In this document: positions 50,688-63,517 of the stretch, in pieces
How the letters are laid out: every line of letters begins with the position of its first letter
How positions within the stretch are numbered: the first letter of the stretch is position 1
From: Eledone cirrhosa
Taxonomy: Eukaryota
DNA: 64,000 nt
NCBI GenBank assembly: GCA_964016885.1
Contig: OZ024742.1
Location: 123,380,001-123,444,000, forward strand
Direction of reading: 5' to 3'
Notes under the pieces: model-generated
What the model saw: the letters and a program-made list of their open reading frames with translations, nothing else
What the model was told of the DNA's origin: nothing
Database searches by the model: none
Position numbers and translations under genes: made by a program

Positions 50688-51960
50688 TACACACACATAT
50701 ATAGATATATGGATATATATATATATATGCATATATATATGTGTGTGTGTTTGTGTATCTACATATACCAACATATATATATATGTGTGCGTGTTTGTAT
50801 ATCTACATATACAACAAATGTATGAAAGAGAAATATAGGTAGGTAGTAATAGAGAAATAAACATATGCAGCCATTGACATTCACACATGTGCAGATAGGT
50901 ACACACACACACACATCATATGTATGTGTGTCTGGCTTATAAGATTTCAAGGAGTTTTCCCAATAGTCTAATGACATTTATATATTGGTTTGTAATTGAA
51001 AAGTGAGACAACCGCTATCTTTACATTCCTAACAATGACAGTGATATCCTTTCATTTCTCAGAGTAGTTTTACTAATTTAATATTATTGATTTCTGACTT
51101 AGGCACAAGGCTCGGGGATCTGTTAGACAGAATATAGTTGATTGCATCAACCTCAGTACACAGCTGGTACGTAATTGATTGTCTTTTTATTCCGATGTGG
51201 GTGGTTTTGCAGTTACATTGTTGGACACATAATCATATGTTTGTGGATTTCATCCTCAGATCAAGAGGCATATTTTGTCCTTGAGCGCGGCATTTCATTG
51301 CTCCAGCATACTCACCTGAAAAATGAGTACCAACAGCTGTAACTGAATTAACTTTGGCATAGCCTGGTATTTGTTCTAAGAGGGACCCTTGTATTCTCAG
51401 TACTTTAATGAATCTAGATTTGCCATGCCATATCATGTTCATTCACAAAAGTCATATATATTTATTTATTTAATCATTTTAAATATCCATATAGAGATAG
51501 TAAACTGAGACTCACTAGGAGAAGTATCTATTACTTACAGTTGAGAAACAAAAAACAAAATATACAGAATATAAAAACAAATATAAAAAAAGTAAAAATA
51601 AAATAAAATAAATACTACTCTACTCATCAAAGATCTACTACAGTAACAGTTTAACATATGGTCAATAACTTACAAGGTGAAGAAAGTTTTTCATAAAATA
51701 ATTGAAATGAAAAACAAACATATTCAATTTATACAATCACACAAAGTCATGAAAAACCATTGACATTATACAAACATAATTGAGCAATATTTAATGAAAA
51801 CAAAACAAATTATTAAAGGGAAGACAAAAAAGGAAGAAAAATGAGATGAAAAGAAGACAGGATCAAGCAATGAAAGAAAGTGGGAGGGAAGACACTACAT
51901 CCCAGTCTGGGTGGTTCTTCAGCAGTGGCCTGCAGACAAAATGGCAAAGTCATTACCTAT

Positions 51961-52002
51961 TATTCACTGAAGAGCTCTAAAATGACAGAAACATGTCTGT
52001 AG
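51961..52002 (+). ncRNA. Degenerate type I hammerhead
   Basis: ca-CTGAAGA-gctctaaaatgaca-GAAAC-AT-GTC-tg. Core and palindromic stem III (ACATGT) are intact; stems I and II are eroded. Confidence 0.55.
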
Positions 52003-53291
52003 TTGTCACAATACTGCCAAAAGACCAAACTCATCTTCCTCTGCATTCTATATTTAGTTTTCAATTAATTAAATTTCAGACCCCTCAACATTTCTTGACT
52101 AGAGTATGGTATATATACCATCCCAACTAGCTTCATCCCAACCCATGTAAAATTGGAAATAAGTGGACTTTAAAATGATGGAAACGGGCTTCTGCACAGT
52201 TTCTGTCTACCTAATTTCACGTATAAGACATTGGTTAGTTAAAGGCTAAAGCAGACGATGCTCGCTCAAGAGGCAATACAGAGGGACTGAAGCTAAAATC
52301 ATGTGGCTGCCAAGTGAATTTCTGCAGTATATAACCATGATATGTTAACATATTATGTGAATATGTTTCATTCAAAATAACATATACTAAAATAAAGAAA
52401 AATACAGTGCTACAACAGTAAATAAATAAGTAAAAACTGTTCAATATCATTATGATAAGAGAAATTAAGTGACTTTAAAGTTACATTTTTTTTTCATTGT
52501 CAACTTGTACAATAATAAAAATTAAATAATATTTAATATGTCTAAGTTTGGTACTCTATTTCAGTTTCAATAAAGATAAATAAAAATTCATCTTTACATC
52601 ATAATTTCTTATAACATTATTGCATAGAATCACCAAAGCTTTAAATGTGTGTGGCTGAATGCATTTTTCATTACATGTATGAAAAATTTCTTTTGACTGA
52701 AATTGTCCTTAAAGTATAACTTTGTCATAAAAAAAAGTATTTAGATTTTTTTTTCTTTTTCCATTTTTTAACTTCTGGAAATATGAAATTTATTTATTTA
52801 ATATTTGTTTAGTTTTGGCAAGAAGAAATGGAAGATATCTTTGTACCATATAAAGCTATTTACAATGAAGTCACTAACATTAAATGTAATGATTAAAATT
52901 CATTCTAATAAAGTGCTATTGTGAAGAAATGTTTGAAACTGTTACAAGGAATTAGTCTGTAGCTACCATTTATAACTTCTTTTAGATATATGGGTGCAGA
53001 CATGGTTGTGTAGTCAAGTAGTTCACTCTACAACCACACACACACATTGTAGGTTGTCTTAAGCAAGTAACTTCTACCTTTGAATAATTCCTTGTGAATG
53101 GAAATTGGCAGTGGTAGACAGAAACTGAGCAGAGACTCATATATATATATACATAATAAATGTAATCTGAGTTTTTCGAATGTTAATAATAATATTAGAT
53201 TCGTTTGCAATTATGCAAACAAGCCTCAATTTTTAAAGCCACATCAGTAGAATGAGCCCTTCATTCTTGTTCTTGTGTTGGCATCTAAACA

Positions 53292-53341
53292 GAACTGCAG
53301 ACACTAATGTTTCTGGGTATTACCCTTCATCAGTACAGTTC
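53292..53341 (-). ncRNA. Type I hammerhead ribozyme, well formed
   Basis: gaactgta-CTGATGA-agggt aat accca-GAAAC-attagt-GTC-tgcagttc. 8-bp stem I; predicted cleavage between 53300 and 53299. Confidence 0.85.
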
Positions 53342-54329
53342 ACTGTTCACCTGCCAACTGCTAGTGAAAATATATGATATTTTCTAAACTATACAGTGAC
53401 TGATTGTCCTGATTTTCGTTTTTATTTTTTTTTTATATATATATATAATAACGAAAATAATAATTTATGAATTTGAAAGGAGCATCAACATTGTTTGACT
53501 ATGAAAAAAGGTCTTATCAGTTGGCCATATAAAACCTGAAGATGGAAAAAATGTGTACAGCACCACCTGCAACAACAGGTTCTGATTTAGACACAAGGTC
53601 AGCAATTTTGGGGGTGGGGAAAGTGTTGTTGATTTTACAAACCCCATTAGGTTGAAAGGCAAAGCTAACCAAGGAAGGATTTAAACTCAGAATATAAAGA
53701 GACATAACTTTATGTAGGAAGCATGTTTTTCAACACTCTACCGATATTGCAAATCTAATAACTTATAGAGCATTTGCAAGTTTGAAATTATAATTGCAAC
53801 AATTCAAATAATGTGTTGATAACTATAAATGACAGTTGTTTAAATAGGGTAAAGTACCACTGGAGACAAAAATAGTGGACAGAGATTGCAAAGAAATGAA
53901 CTGTACATCTCTCATATGCCAAGCAAGCTCTTTTTCAATCTCCTTTAACTATTATATTTAATAGAGAATTTCTTTTTCATTACAGAAAAATATTTTTCTT
54001 TGGCAGCGAGGCTACCCATATTGTATATATATATGTTTATATATGTTTTCAGATACACCTCTATAATACTTAAACACTGCCTTAGTGCTACCACCAATTA
54101 TGTGTGTGTGTATGTATAATTAGTTAACATTCATCCAGTATCTTGTTACTCTGGAGTTGCTTAATCATTGAATATTCTGCTCCACCACAAATGTGAGCAT
54201 TGGTGCATATTCCACTTTTGAATAATCAAAGAAATACTAGAGCAGCTAGTCACTGGACCAACCTTGATAAACTATAAAACACTAGTATAGTTTTTAGTAC
54301 CCAGTCCATCTTGAGCATTTAGTCTTCTT

Positions 54330-54715
54330 TGTAAGGTGGTTGTGCTGGTGACATGAGAAAAAAGCTCTCAGTTCACCCTGTAAAGTGGTAATGTTGATTC
54401 CATGACAAAAAAAACATCTAGTCCACCAAGTAAATTGTACTGGTGCAATGACAAAATACAACCAGTTTCCCCTGTAAGACGTTCAGGCAATGCCAAAAAT
54501 GTATCCAGTCCACCTTGAAAGGTAGTCATGCTGGTAACACAACAAAAAAACACTCTGTACACCCTGTAAAGTGGAAGGGTATATGGTCATCGAAAACCAA
54601 GCCAAAGAGGGATGATATGAGAAAGACATGGTTACATGTCACATGGCAATCCATCTAACTCATGGAAGTATGGAAAAAAGATGTCAAATGATGATGATGA
54701 TGTTGGTGATGATAA
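54330..54715 (+). mobile_element. Old RTE 3'UTR with about six tandem modules
   Basis: Repeated ccagtccaccctgtaaagtgg...catgacaaaaa units; stem-loop and (GAT)n tail. Confidence 0.7.
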
Positions 54716-55564
54716 TATATTTCCCTTTCTCTCACCATTTCTTAATCTGAAGCAAATTTAGATTTGAATTAAGTAGTTGTGTTACTGTCTTTAATATGTT
54801 GGTGACCTGTATAACAACAACAGCAAGCTGAAGTGACAAGATGATGGTAGTATTAACTATTACAAGTTATATAAGATTAATTTGACTCTGCTACAGGTAC
54901 TAATCTATTATATTATGATAATCAATACCACATAAAGTGCTTCTCTAACAATATCAATAATGACTTCTTTTGATTAGGCTCAGGGGAAAATTTTGTAAGG
55001 GAGCTAGCTGTACATTCTATTGAATCAACAAGAGTTAGGAAAATCAAAACTTGCTTGAGCTTAAATTCTGAAATTAAAGCAAAGACACCAAATACTCTAA
55101 GGGATTTGAAAAGTATTATTTTATTTTAGATACTTTATATTACTTTATTTTACATTTATTCAATTTGGCAAATGGTAATGGCAAGAGTGATAATGTAGTG
55201 TCTATAACTCAATCATTATCATCATCATCATCATCTTACATTCATTTTCTCATGATGGCATGGGTTGGATGGGTTTTTTTTCCAGCAGAATTTCTTTGCT
55301 GCTACTCATTGTATTTCTTTATCACCACCAGTGTGAGCTTCACCAATTTGAAATCAGTTCTCATATAGCGCTGCCTAAGTATTCCTTCTCCTTCCTCTAC
55401 TGCAGCTTCTTTCCACTGGGATTTCTTGGTATTTCTTCACCCAACAATTACCTTCAATGTAGAATAAAACTCACTAGATATATTTGATAAACAATGCCAG
55501 CATTTCAGTTCTTTTCACCATTCTTTATATTTACTGAGATAAATTGGTAAAATATGTATACAAA

Positions 55565-55855
55565 TCATCATCATCGTTTTTACATTCATTTTTCCACACT
55601 CACATGGGTTCGACTTATCTTAATCAACACAGCATCTCTCAACTCATCGTATTCCTTTGTTCTTTGTCCTCTCGTCTGTGGGTCCCCAGCAATTTGAGAT
55701 CAACTTTCATTACCACTGCCCGGGTCTGCATCAGTCTACCTCTACTGGGGCTTCCTTCCACTGGGGTTCCCTGGTAATCCTTTACCCAGCGATTATCATA
55801 CAGGTACATCACATATCCATACCAACACAACCTTTTCTCTTGTACACCACTACAG
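55565..55855 (-). mobile_element. RTE 3' end (short-UTR subfamily)
   Basis: VQEKRLCWYGYVM..DNRWVKD..PVEGSPSRGR; homologous to 42215-42585. Confidence 0.85.
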
Positions 55856-57518
55856 ATATCCATACACATCATCATTGTCATTGCTGTCTTATGTCGGCTA
55901 TTCATTATAGCATGGGCTGAGCAAAACAATCTGTCAAAACTGGTATATGAACACAAACCAGTCAATACTCTTGTTAGAAATGAAAAATGCAAATTGATCC
56001 TGGTACCTTAGATCACACAGCCATGTACACATGCATCTAGTTTAGAATAGGTTCATTTTATACCTGAACATCCTAAGAGACTAAAAGGGATAGTGTGAGG
56101 AAGGGCATCCAAAACATTGCCTTGAAACATTTCTTGATAGAAGAAAATGAACGTGACAAGATCACACACACATCTTTTGACCTCTTCACCTCTGAAACAA
56201 GCTGTGGTTTCACACAATTCAATTTGAAAGGACCATGAGAAATATTTGTTTATATGTATAGAGCCCCCAGTCTATACTGTAAATGCAGTTAGCATTAGAA
56301 AGAGTAGTCAACCATAGAAATCAAGCCAGAAACAGTTCTGCATGAGCAAGACATGGTCATCTGATCTGTCTTGTATCACAAAGCTAACCTCTGTGGGATT
56401 TGAACTCAAAATGTAAAGGGATGTACTATACGCTGCAAAGCATGTTATCCAATACTGTAAATCCACTGCCCTTCGATGCTGTATAATATCAACAACAATA
56501 AAAATTGTCCCTACTTTTGACACAAGGCTAGCAATCTGAAGGGAATGGGAATGTCTGTTAAATCGACTCCAGTGTGTTATTGGTACTTTATTTTATCAAC
56601 CCTGAATATATATAAAGGACTATAGATGATATAATCAACTACAGTATATAATGGGTAATAATTTACTCAATCTCTAGAGGTTGAAATATAAATCAATATT
56701 TCCAATGTTTAATGTAGTAGTTGAAACTAACTACAATAAGGTATATAGTATGGTGGTCTTCAATTTCTCTTGTAATAGGAGCTGTTTTAATTGTATTCAC
56801 AAGTAGAGCTAATACAGCTTGATATCAGCTGATGGCAGCATATAGCCTGAAACTGAACTGTGTAGAAAATAAGATGCAAGGTAGAGACATATATGAAGAT
56901 TGTTAACATAGATAAACAGATATACAAAATATTGATGATGATGGTAGTGGTGGTGGCAGTAACAATAGAAGTAACAGTGTTGGATATATTTAGTGACGTT
57001 TGAGCATACTGTGCTATATAAATAAATACATACATAGAAATTGGAAAAAAAACATGCCTAACCTGTCAACTGTTCTGCTTTTTTACATTTTATGTCCTTT
57101 GACCTTTCATTTGATGTGTCATGGGGGAAATAATTCCCCATACTATAGACTATGAAAAGAAAACATTTAAATATTGACCATTAGTTCCTCTGATGCTGAT
57201 ATAGTTCAAAAGTCAGAATAATAATTTTACAAATTACACCTTTTGGCAAATCTATCTGCACAAGATGAGAAATGTCCAGAAAGTTAAAAAAAGAAAAGTA
57301 GCCACCTGTGGGAATATCAAGTTGCAGATGTCAGTTAAATGAAATGTTGAAAATACTGCAATCCCAAGAGAATTCTGATTGAAGGTGAGAGAAATTGAAA
57401 TAAAACAAATCTTAGAATCAAACTTCTTAGAATCAAACAAGAAAGCCTCAAACAATAGGACTATAGTAAATCATCATAAAATAATTTAAACAAATTTAGT
57501 GCTATATACGATACAAGT

Positions 57519-57804
57519 TGGCTATGGATAGGTATTAGAGATTGGGGAGACCTGATCTGGGGTTCATTGCTGGTCAGGAGCTATACATAGGGAGTCTTAC
57601 TAAACCTTTGTAGCCTTCTTGGTGGCCTAGTGGTAGGTATTAGAGATGATGGATATCCTGGTATGGGGTTTCAATTCTAGTCGGGAAATACACACAGAGA
57701 TTTACTAAACTTTTGTAGCCATCTCTCTGGTCTCCTAGTCGTAGATATTAGAGATAGTGGAGATCCTGGCCTGGGGTTCAATTCTGGTCTCATAGGGAGT
57801 CTTA
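57519..57804 (+). repeat. Tandem ~105-108-bp tRNA-like repeats (about 2.7 units)
   Basis: (g/a)tattagagat recurs at 57531, 57636 and 57744; units contain A-box-like TGGCCTAGTGG and B-box-like GGTTCAATTC. Confidence 0.7.
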
Positions 57805-58509
57805 ATATACATGAAGTATATGTGCAGGAATGGATGAGTGGCAAAAAAATTTGCTTTGCAGCTATTTGGTTTTAGGTTTAATCTCACTTCATGGCACCTT
57901 CATGTTTTCTACTACAACTCTGGGTCAAATAGCTTCCTGTCAGAGTTGGAGTGATTTTACTTTCCTGTCTCTGTAAGTCTCTGCACTGACTCATATGTTC
58001 TGAAGGTTAGGGATTCATAGAAAATCAGTGATATGTATCATAGTTGAATATAAATATATGTCAGTGTCAGGAAGTTTCCAGTTGTAGAAAAAGTCTGTTG
58101 CAGAAATCTCATCCAAACAATGCCAGCATGAAAAAGTGGACATAAAACCCATGTAGATTTAGCTTCATTCTCACAGCATGGCATCACAGACAAGTGTCTT
58201 TTTCTATAAGCTAACTAATGTTGTTTTCTATAAGCTAACTAATGTATGATAATCGCTGGGTGAAGGATTTGTGTGTCTATGAGGTTTTGTGTGTCTATGA
58301 GGCTTCATGTGGGAAGTGTTTAAACCAGGTGTGACATTTGTTTATGTTCTTCATCATAAGGATATAGTCCAACCCATGCCAGCAAGGAAAATCAAGGATA
58401 AAAACAACTCAAATAATTTGTATTACTAATTTCTAATGAAAGAAATATAGTGAGGCCAACTAAAATGTTCATTTTCTTGTAACAGTTGAACCTCAGATGC
58501 CTAATATAT

Positions 58510-58697
58510 AATTGTTTCTACTATTGGCACAAGGCCAGCAATTAGCCCAATGCATTATTTGTACTTTATTTTATCAACCCCGTAAGGAGGAAAGGCAAAT
58601 TTAACTTCAGCGGGATTTGAACTCAGACCATAAAGGCGCGTAACTCTATGCTGGAAAGCATGGCATCCAACCCTCTACCGATACTGCCAATTCACCT
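58510..58697 (-). mobile_element. SINE family A, full length
   Basis: Reverse complement of 18147-18335 with scattered substitutions. Confidence 0.9.
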
Positions 58698-59824
58698 ATC
58701 TGTTATATGTGTTTCACTCATATTCTCAATGTATTGCAATATACATGTGGCTTAAACAGGATCAATGAAGTACTAATAATAACAGTAACAGTTTATTAAA
58801 TTAATATGTGAACAAAGAATATATATAGTACATATATATATATATAAATATGTCCATCTGAAAACAAGGTAAATATACACCAACTGAAACAGTGATGAAA
58901 AATACATAAATAAATATAGTTAATAGCCTGACCAATCTTTAATACAGTAGTTAGGGTACCTCATAAATATAGCAATGTCTAAAACTGAATCATTAGACAA
59001 ACCAACAGAGGAGATTTTATTCTCTATCTCTCACTTTTTGTTTGGGAACCTGTTAGAAATAACAACCAAAAGACCCTTAAAAAATACCCTAAAAACTTAC
59101 AAAATGAATTCATATAGGATAGGATAATGTTTTTCTATACAAAATATGTGATAAAAAAATAAAAAATGCTATATAGGATAGTCTGGCTAGAAGGTCTTTG
59201 ATCATAGGCTTCTTTGATCAGAGTTCACCTGGGGCTAATCAACAACAAATAAACCATTAATATAACCACAATCAAATGTTGTGAATTTATTTTGTATGTA
59301 ATAGTATTTCACTATTACCATATCCTCAATTCAATGGTGTAAAATGTTATCTCCACACCCCAGCTAGACTTTCTGATAAAAAAGCGAAATATATATTTTG
59401 AGAACAGGTATTTTGTTGTTTGTTTTTCTTGTAGCTTTTAGTTTTTGCTGTTTTTATCTTAATTTTTTTTTCCAATTTCGTTTAAAATAACAATATTGAA
59501 CTGAGATATCCTAGAGTTTCACTTATGACAATTTTACTTTCAACATCCCGAGAGTATAGAAAACTCAGAAAATTTCATTACCATAACAATCTAAGTTTGT
59601 TTGTGACTATTTGCGTATAATCACTTGTATATATAATACATAGTATCAAAATACGAAAGCAAAATGATGATGATTGTGAGGATTATATATGATATACAAA
59701 CACCATCAACATTTTATGTGGCTCCGACTCTTTCTAATACAGTCATACTATACTATCCCAAGTATCAAGTAATCTGTTGAGTAATGATATAACTAGTTCC
59801 TGATAAACATATATATATATATAT

Positions 59825-60115
59825 GTTGTGTTGGTGCCACACCATCCAGGCCGAAACAAATGAGATCGTGTAGGTGTCACGACAAAAAAACACACAGTCC
59901 ACGCTGTAATGTGGCCGTGTAGGCAACACGGTAAAAACCTCCCAGACCCACACTGTAAATGTGGTTGGTGTTAGGAAGGGCATCCAACTGTAGAAAACCT
60001 GCCAGACAGTCCTATGCGAGCAAGACAATCACTCTTGCCTCAAGTGGGACTACCCCCGTCCAAACCCATGCAAGCGTGGAACACGGACGTTAAACGTTGA
60101 TGATGATGATGATGA

Positions 60116-60119
<4 letters not shown>
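59825..60119 (+). mobile_element. RTE 3'UTR-only copy
   Basis: Almost identical to the reverse complement of 12068-12360; (TA)n on both sides. Confidence 0.93.
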
Positions 60120-60154
<35 letters not shown>

Positions 60155-60161
60155 AATATAT

Positions 60162-60191
<30 letters not shown>

Positions 60192-60193
<2 letters not shown>

Positions 60194-60519
60194 CATCATC
60201 ATCATCATCATCATCACCATTTTATGTCCGTTCTTCCATGCTAGCATGGGTTAGACAGGTTGTCCTGTTGTGGGCAGTGTCTGGTCAGTTGACCATGCCT
60301 TGCTCATACAGGAACTGTTTTTGGCATCATTTCTACAGCAAGATGCCCTTCCTAACACCAACCTCATTTACAGTGAGTGCTGGGTGCTTTTTCCGTGGCG
60401 CCTACACGTCCACTTTACAGTGTGGGTTGGGTGCTTTTTTGCCGTGGCACCTCCACGACCACCTTGCAGTGGGAGGGTGTGGGGGCATATTGTCTATATG
60501 CTTCAGCTTGTACCCATGG
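60192..60519 (-). mobile_element. RTE 3'UTR-only copy
   Basis: Close match to the reverse complement of 63154-63479; tail-to-tail with 59825-60119 across (TA)n. Confidence 0.93.
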
Positions 60520-60564
60520 TATATATATATATACACACGTATATGCATACACATATATATACAC

Positions 60565-60603
<39 letters not shown>

Positions 60604-60644
60604 CAAAAAATAAGTCAATTGCATGAACTCATAATCGTTTATTT

Positions 60645-60700
60645 ACTGTTATATATATTTCGATGAGAGTCATTGAATGGCTATGACCTCATCAGGCAGT
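60645..60700 (-). ncRNA. Type I hammerhead with aberrant stem II (in a probable Penelope-like fragment ~60600-61380)
   Basis: actgc-CTGATGA-ggtcat agccattca atgact ctcatc-GAAA-tatata-TA-acagt. Confidence 0.65.
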
Positions 60701-61392
60701 TAGTCAGTTCTTAGATATGACAGCTCTGTGTTTATGGTGTTCATGGTATCAGAGCCTTGGGACATATATATATATATGGGTGTAGGAGAGAATCAGTGTG
60801 ACAGAGTGGGCACTGCCAGGGTGAATGGTACAGATGGTGTGGTGGTGGGAGTATAGGCAGTGATATGGAGTGACAAAGGTCATGGTGTGGGTGGTGGTAT
60901 GTGTATATGCTGGTGATAGTGCTGGTGATAAGTGCACTCACAGATGTACAAGCACACATATATTTATACACAGGTATCTGTGGTGGGTGAGTTAGCAATG
61001 TAAATGGTGTTAGTTGTAAAATGTGTGGGTGTTCTAGTCAATATGTTAGCTGGCCATATATGTTTGGGGTCAAATGTGCGCACACATAGTTGTCAGTGTG
61101 CATGCATGTACACATGTTCATGTGCAGTTACAGAGGCGTGTTCATGGTACATGTGCTGATGCTCATGCATACTTATATATATATTCACAAGTGTGTGCGG
61201 TGGTATAACTTAGTATTGTTACTTCATGTTGGTTGTAATAGATGGAAAAGGTGCGAGTAGTTGGGCCATACTGGTTGGGGAGAGGTTAATGAGTATTTGT
61301 AATGTTAACTATCCAAGTGTTTCGGGGTCAGCTGCACACATGCACGTAGATGATCAGTGTGTGTATGTGTGCATGTGAGTACATATATACAA

Positions 61393-61457
<65 letters not shown>

Positions 61458-61510
61458 TATATAGATATATATATATATATATAGATATATAGATATATAT
61501 ATATATATAT

Positions 61511-61571
<61 letters not shown>

Positions 61572-61574
<3 letters not shown>

Positions 61575-63479
61575 GGTATAGCTGCCGAGATGCTGAAGGC
61601 ATCTGGGTCTGTAGGTCACACTATAACCACACGTATCGTTAACCAGGTAATACTAGAGGGGGCCATACCAAAAGATTGGTGCAGTAGCATCATTGTCAAC
61701 TGCTACAAAGGTAAAGGCGATGCACTAGATAGAGGAAACTATAGAGGTATAAAGTTGATAGACCAGGTCATGAAAGTAACAGAAAGAGTTATAGCACAGC
61801 TGATTAGGGACCGGGTGAATATAGACGAGATGCAATTTGGGTTTGTTCCAGGGAAAGGCACCACTGATGCGCTCTTCCTTGTGAGGCAATTACAGGAAAA
61901 GTACCTAGCTAAAAGTAAGCCACTCTACTTGGCATTTGTCGACCTTGAGAAAGCCTTTGACAGAGTTCCACGTGCAGTAATCTGGTGGGCTCTTAGAAAA
62001 CTAGGAGTAGATGAATGGCTTGTGAAAGCGGTACAAGCCATGTATAGGGGAGCAGTCAGCAAAGTTAGGATTGGCAATGAGTATAGCGAGGAATTTAGCG
62101 TACAGGTTGGGGTCCACCAGGGCTCTGTTCTTAGCCCTCTCCTGTTCATCATAGTCCTGCAGGCAATAACGGAGGAGTTTAAGACCGGATGCCCATGGGA
62201 ACTCCTGTATGCTGATGACCTCGCACTCATAGCTGAATCTATGGTAGAACTAGAGAATAAATTCCAAACCTGGAAGCAGGGACTAGAGAGAAAGGGCCTC
62301 AAAGTCAACATGACAAAGACTAAGGTCCTTATAAGTAGACGAGAAAACAGAACCCAGATCCCCTCAGGGAAATGGCCTTGCTCAGTATGTAGGAAAGGTG
62401 TAGGTAGGAACTCCATTCTTTGCCCCAAATGCAAACAATGGGTACACAAGAGATGTAGCGGGATCTCAGGAAGCTTAATTAAGAATGTAGGATTCACATG
62501 CAGCAGCTGTGCTGAAACAGCAAGCAAACAGCCACAGGAAACAAGTACCACCAATCTCTGGGAGGGCCCTGTAGAAACAGTAGACAGCTTCTGCTACCTA
62601 GGTGACCGAATTAGCAACGGAGGTGGGTGCTCAGAAAGTACAATAACTAGGGTAAGAACGGGATGGAAGAAGTTTAGGGAACTACTACCACTGCTAGCTG
62701 CAAAAGGCTTCTCCCTCAGAATGAAAGGCAGACTGTATGATGCGTGTATCCGAACAGCGATGTTGCATGGTAGTGAGACCTGGGCGCTGAAGGTGGAAGA
62801 CTTACGTAGATTAGAGAGAAACGAAGCCTGCATGCTCCGATGGATGTGTAACAGTAATATACGTGAACGACAAAGCATAAATGAATTGAGAGAGAGACTG
62901 AGCATAAGAGGAATCAAATGCTGCGTGCAGGAGAGGCGGTTACGCTGGTATGGACATGTGATGCGTATGAAGGATGACAGCTGCATAAAAAGGTGCAGAG
63001 CACTAGAAGTTGATGGAAACCGCGGAGTGGGGAGACCCAAGATGACTTGGGATGAGGTGATAAAAGCCGACCTTACCCAACTACACCTCTCAAAGTCAAT
63101 GACACACGACCGTGACTTCTGGCGTCACGCAGTAATACAGGGTACCCGACCTCCCATGGGTACATGCTGAAGCATATAAACAATATGCCCCCCCCCCCCC
63201 CCACCGCAAGGTGGTCGTGGAGGTGCCACGGCAAAAAAGCACCCAGCCCACACTGTAAAGTGGACGTGTAGGCGCCACGAAAAAGCACCCAGCACTCACT
63301 GTAAATGAGGTTGGTGTTAGGAAGGGCATCCAGCTGTAGAAATCAAGCCAGATCAGTTCCTGTATGAGCAAGGCATGGTCAGCCGACCAGACACTGCCCA
63401 CAACAGGACAACCCGTCTAACCCATGCTAGCGTGGAAGAACGGACGTAAAACGGTGATGATGATGATGATGATGATGAT
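61572..63479 (+). mobile_element. RTE-clade LINE, 5'-truncated, young
   Basis: Uninterrupted RT frame, modular 3'UTR, terminal stem-loop and (GAT)n tail; (TA)n on both sides. Confidence 0.97.
61590..63170 (+). CDS. RTE ORF remnant: reverse transcriptase + PHD-like zinc finger + C-terminal domain (lacks endonuclease)
   Basis: 526-aa open frame with [45 protein letters not shown] and [11 protein letters not shown]. The ATG is internal to the original ORF, so expression is not implied. Confidence 0.9.
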   Translation: MLKASGSVGHTITTRIVNQVILEGAIPKDWCSSIIVNCYKGKGDALDRGNYRGIKLIDQVMKVTERVIAQLIRDRVNIDEMQFGFVPGKGTTDALFLVRQLQEKYLAKSKPLYLAFVDLEKAFDRVPRAVIWWALRKLGVDEWLVKAVQAMYRGAVSKVRIGNEYSEEFSVQVGVHQGSVLSPLLFIIVLQAITEEFKTGCPWELLYADDLALIAESMVELENKFQTWKQGLERKGLKVNMTKTKVLISRRENRTQIPSGKWPCSVCRKGVGRNSILCPKCKQWVHKRCSGISGSLIKNVGFTCSSCAETASKQPQETSTTNLWEGPVETVDSFCYLGDRISNGGGCSESTITRVRTGWKKFRELLPLLAAKGFSLRMKGRLYDACIRTAMLHGSETWALKVEDLRRLERNEACMLRWMCNSNIRERQSINELRERLSIRGIKCCVQERRLRWYGHVMRMKDDSCIKRCRALEVDGNRGVGRPKMTWDEVIKADLTQLHLSKSMTHDRDFWRHAVIQGTRPPMGTC

Positions 63480-63517
63480 ATATATATATATATATAGATA
63501 TATATATAGATATATAT

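Noticed and set aside
57265-57490. Plus frame interrupted only by TGA codons (selenoprotein idea)
   Set aside because: No SECIS-like hairpin seen, no Cys-like context or homology; expected by chance in purine-rich sequence.
57519-57804. Functional tRNA genes
   Set aside because: Anticodon arm and acceptor stem do not pair; kept only as a tRNA-like repeat.
58200-58302. Short tandem duplications (ttttctataagctaactaatg x2; ttgtgtgtctatgagg x2)
   Set aside because: Ordinary slippage duplications inside decayed SINE sequence.
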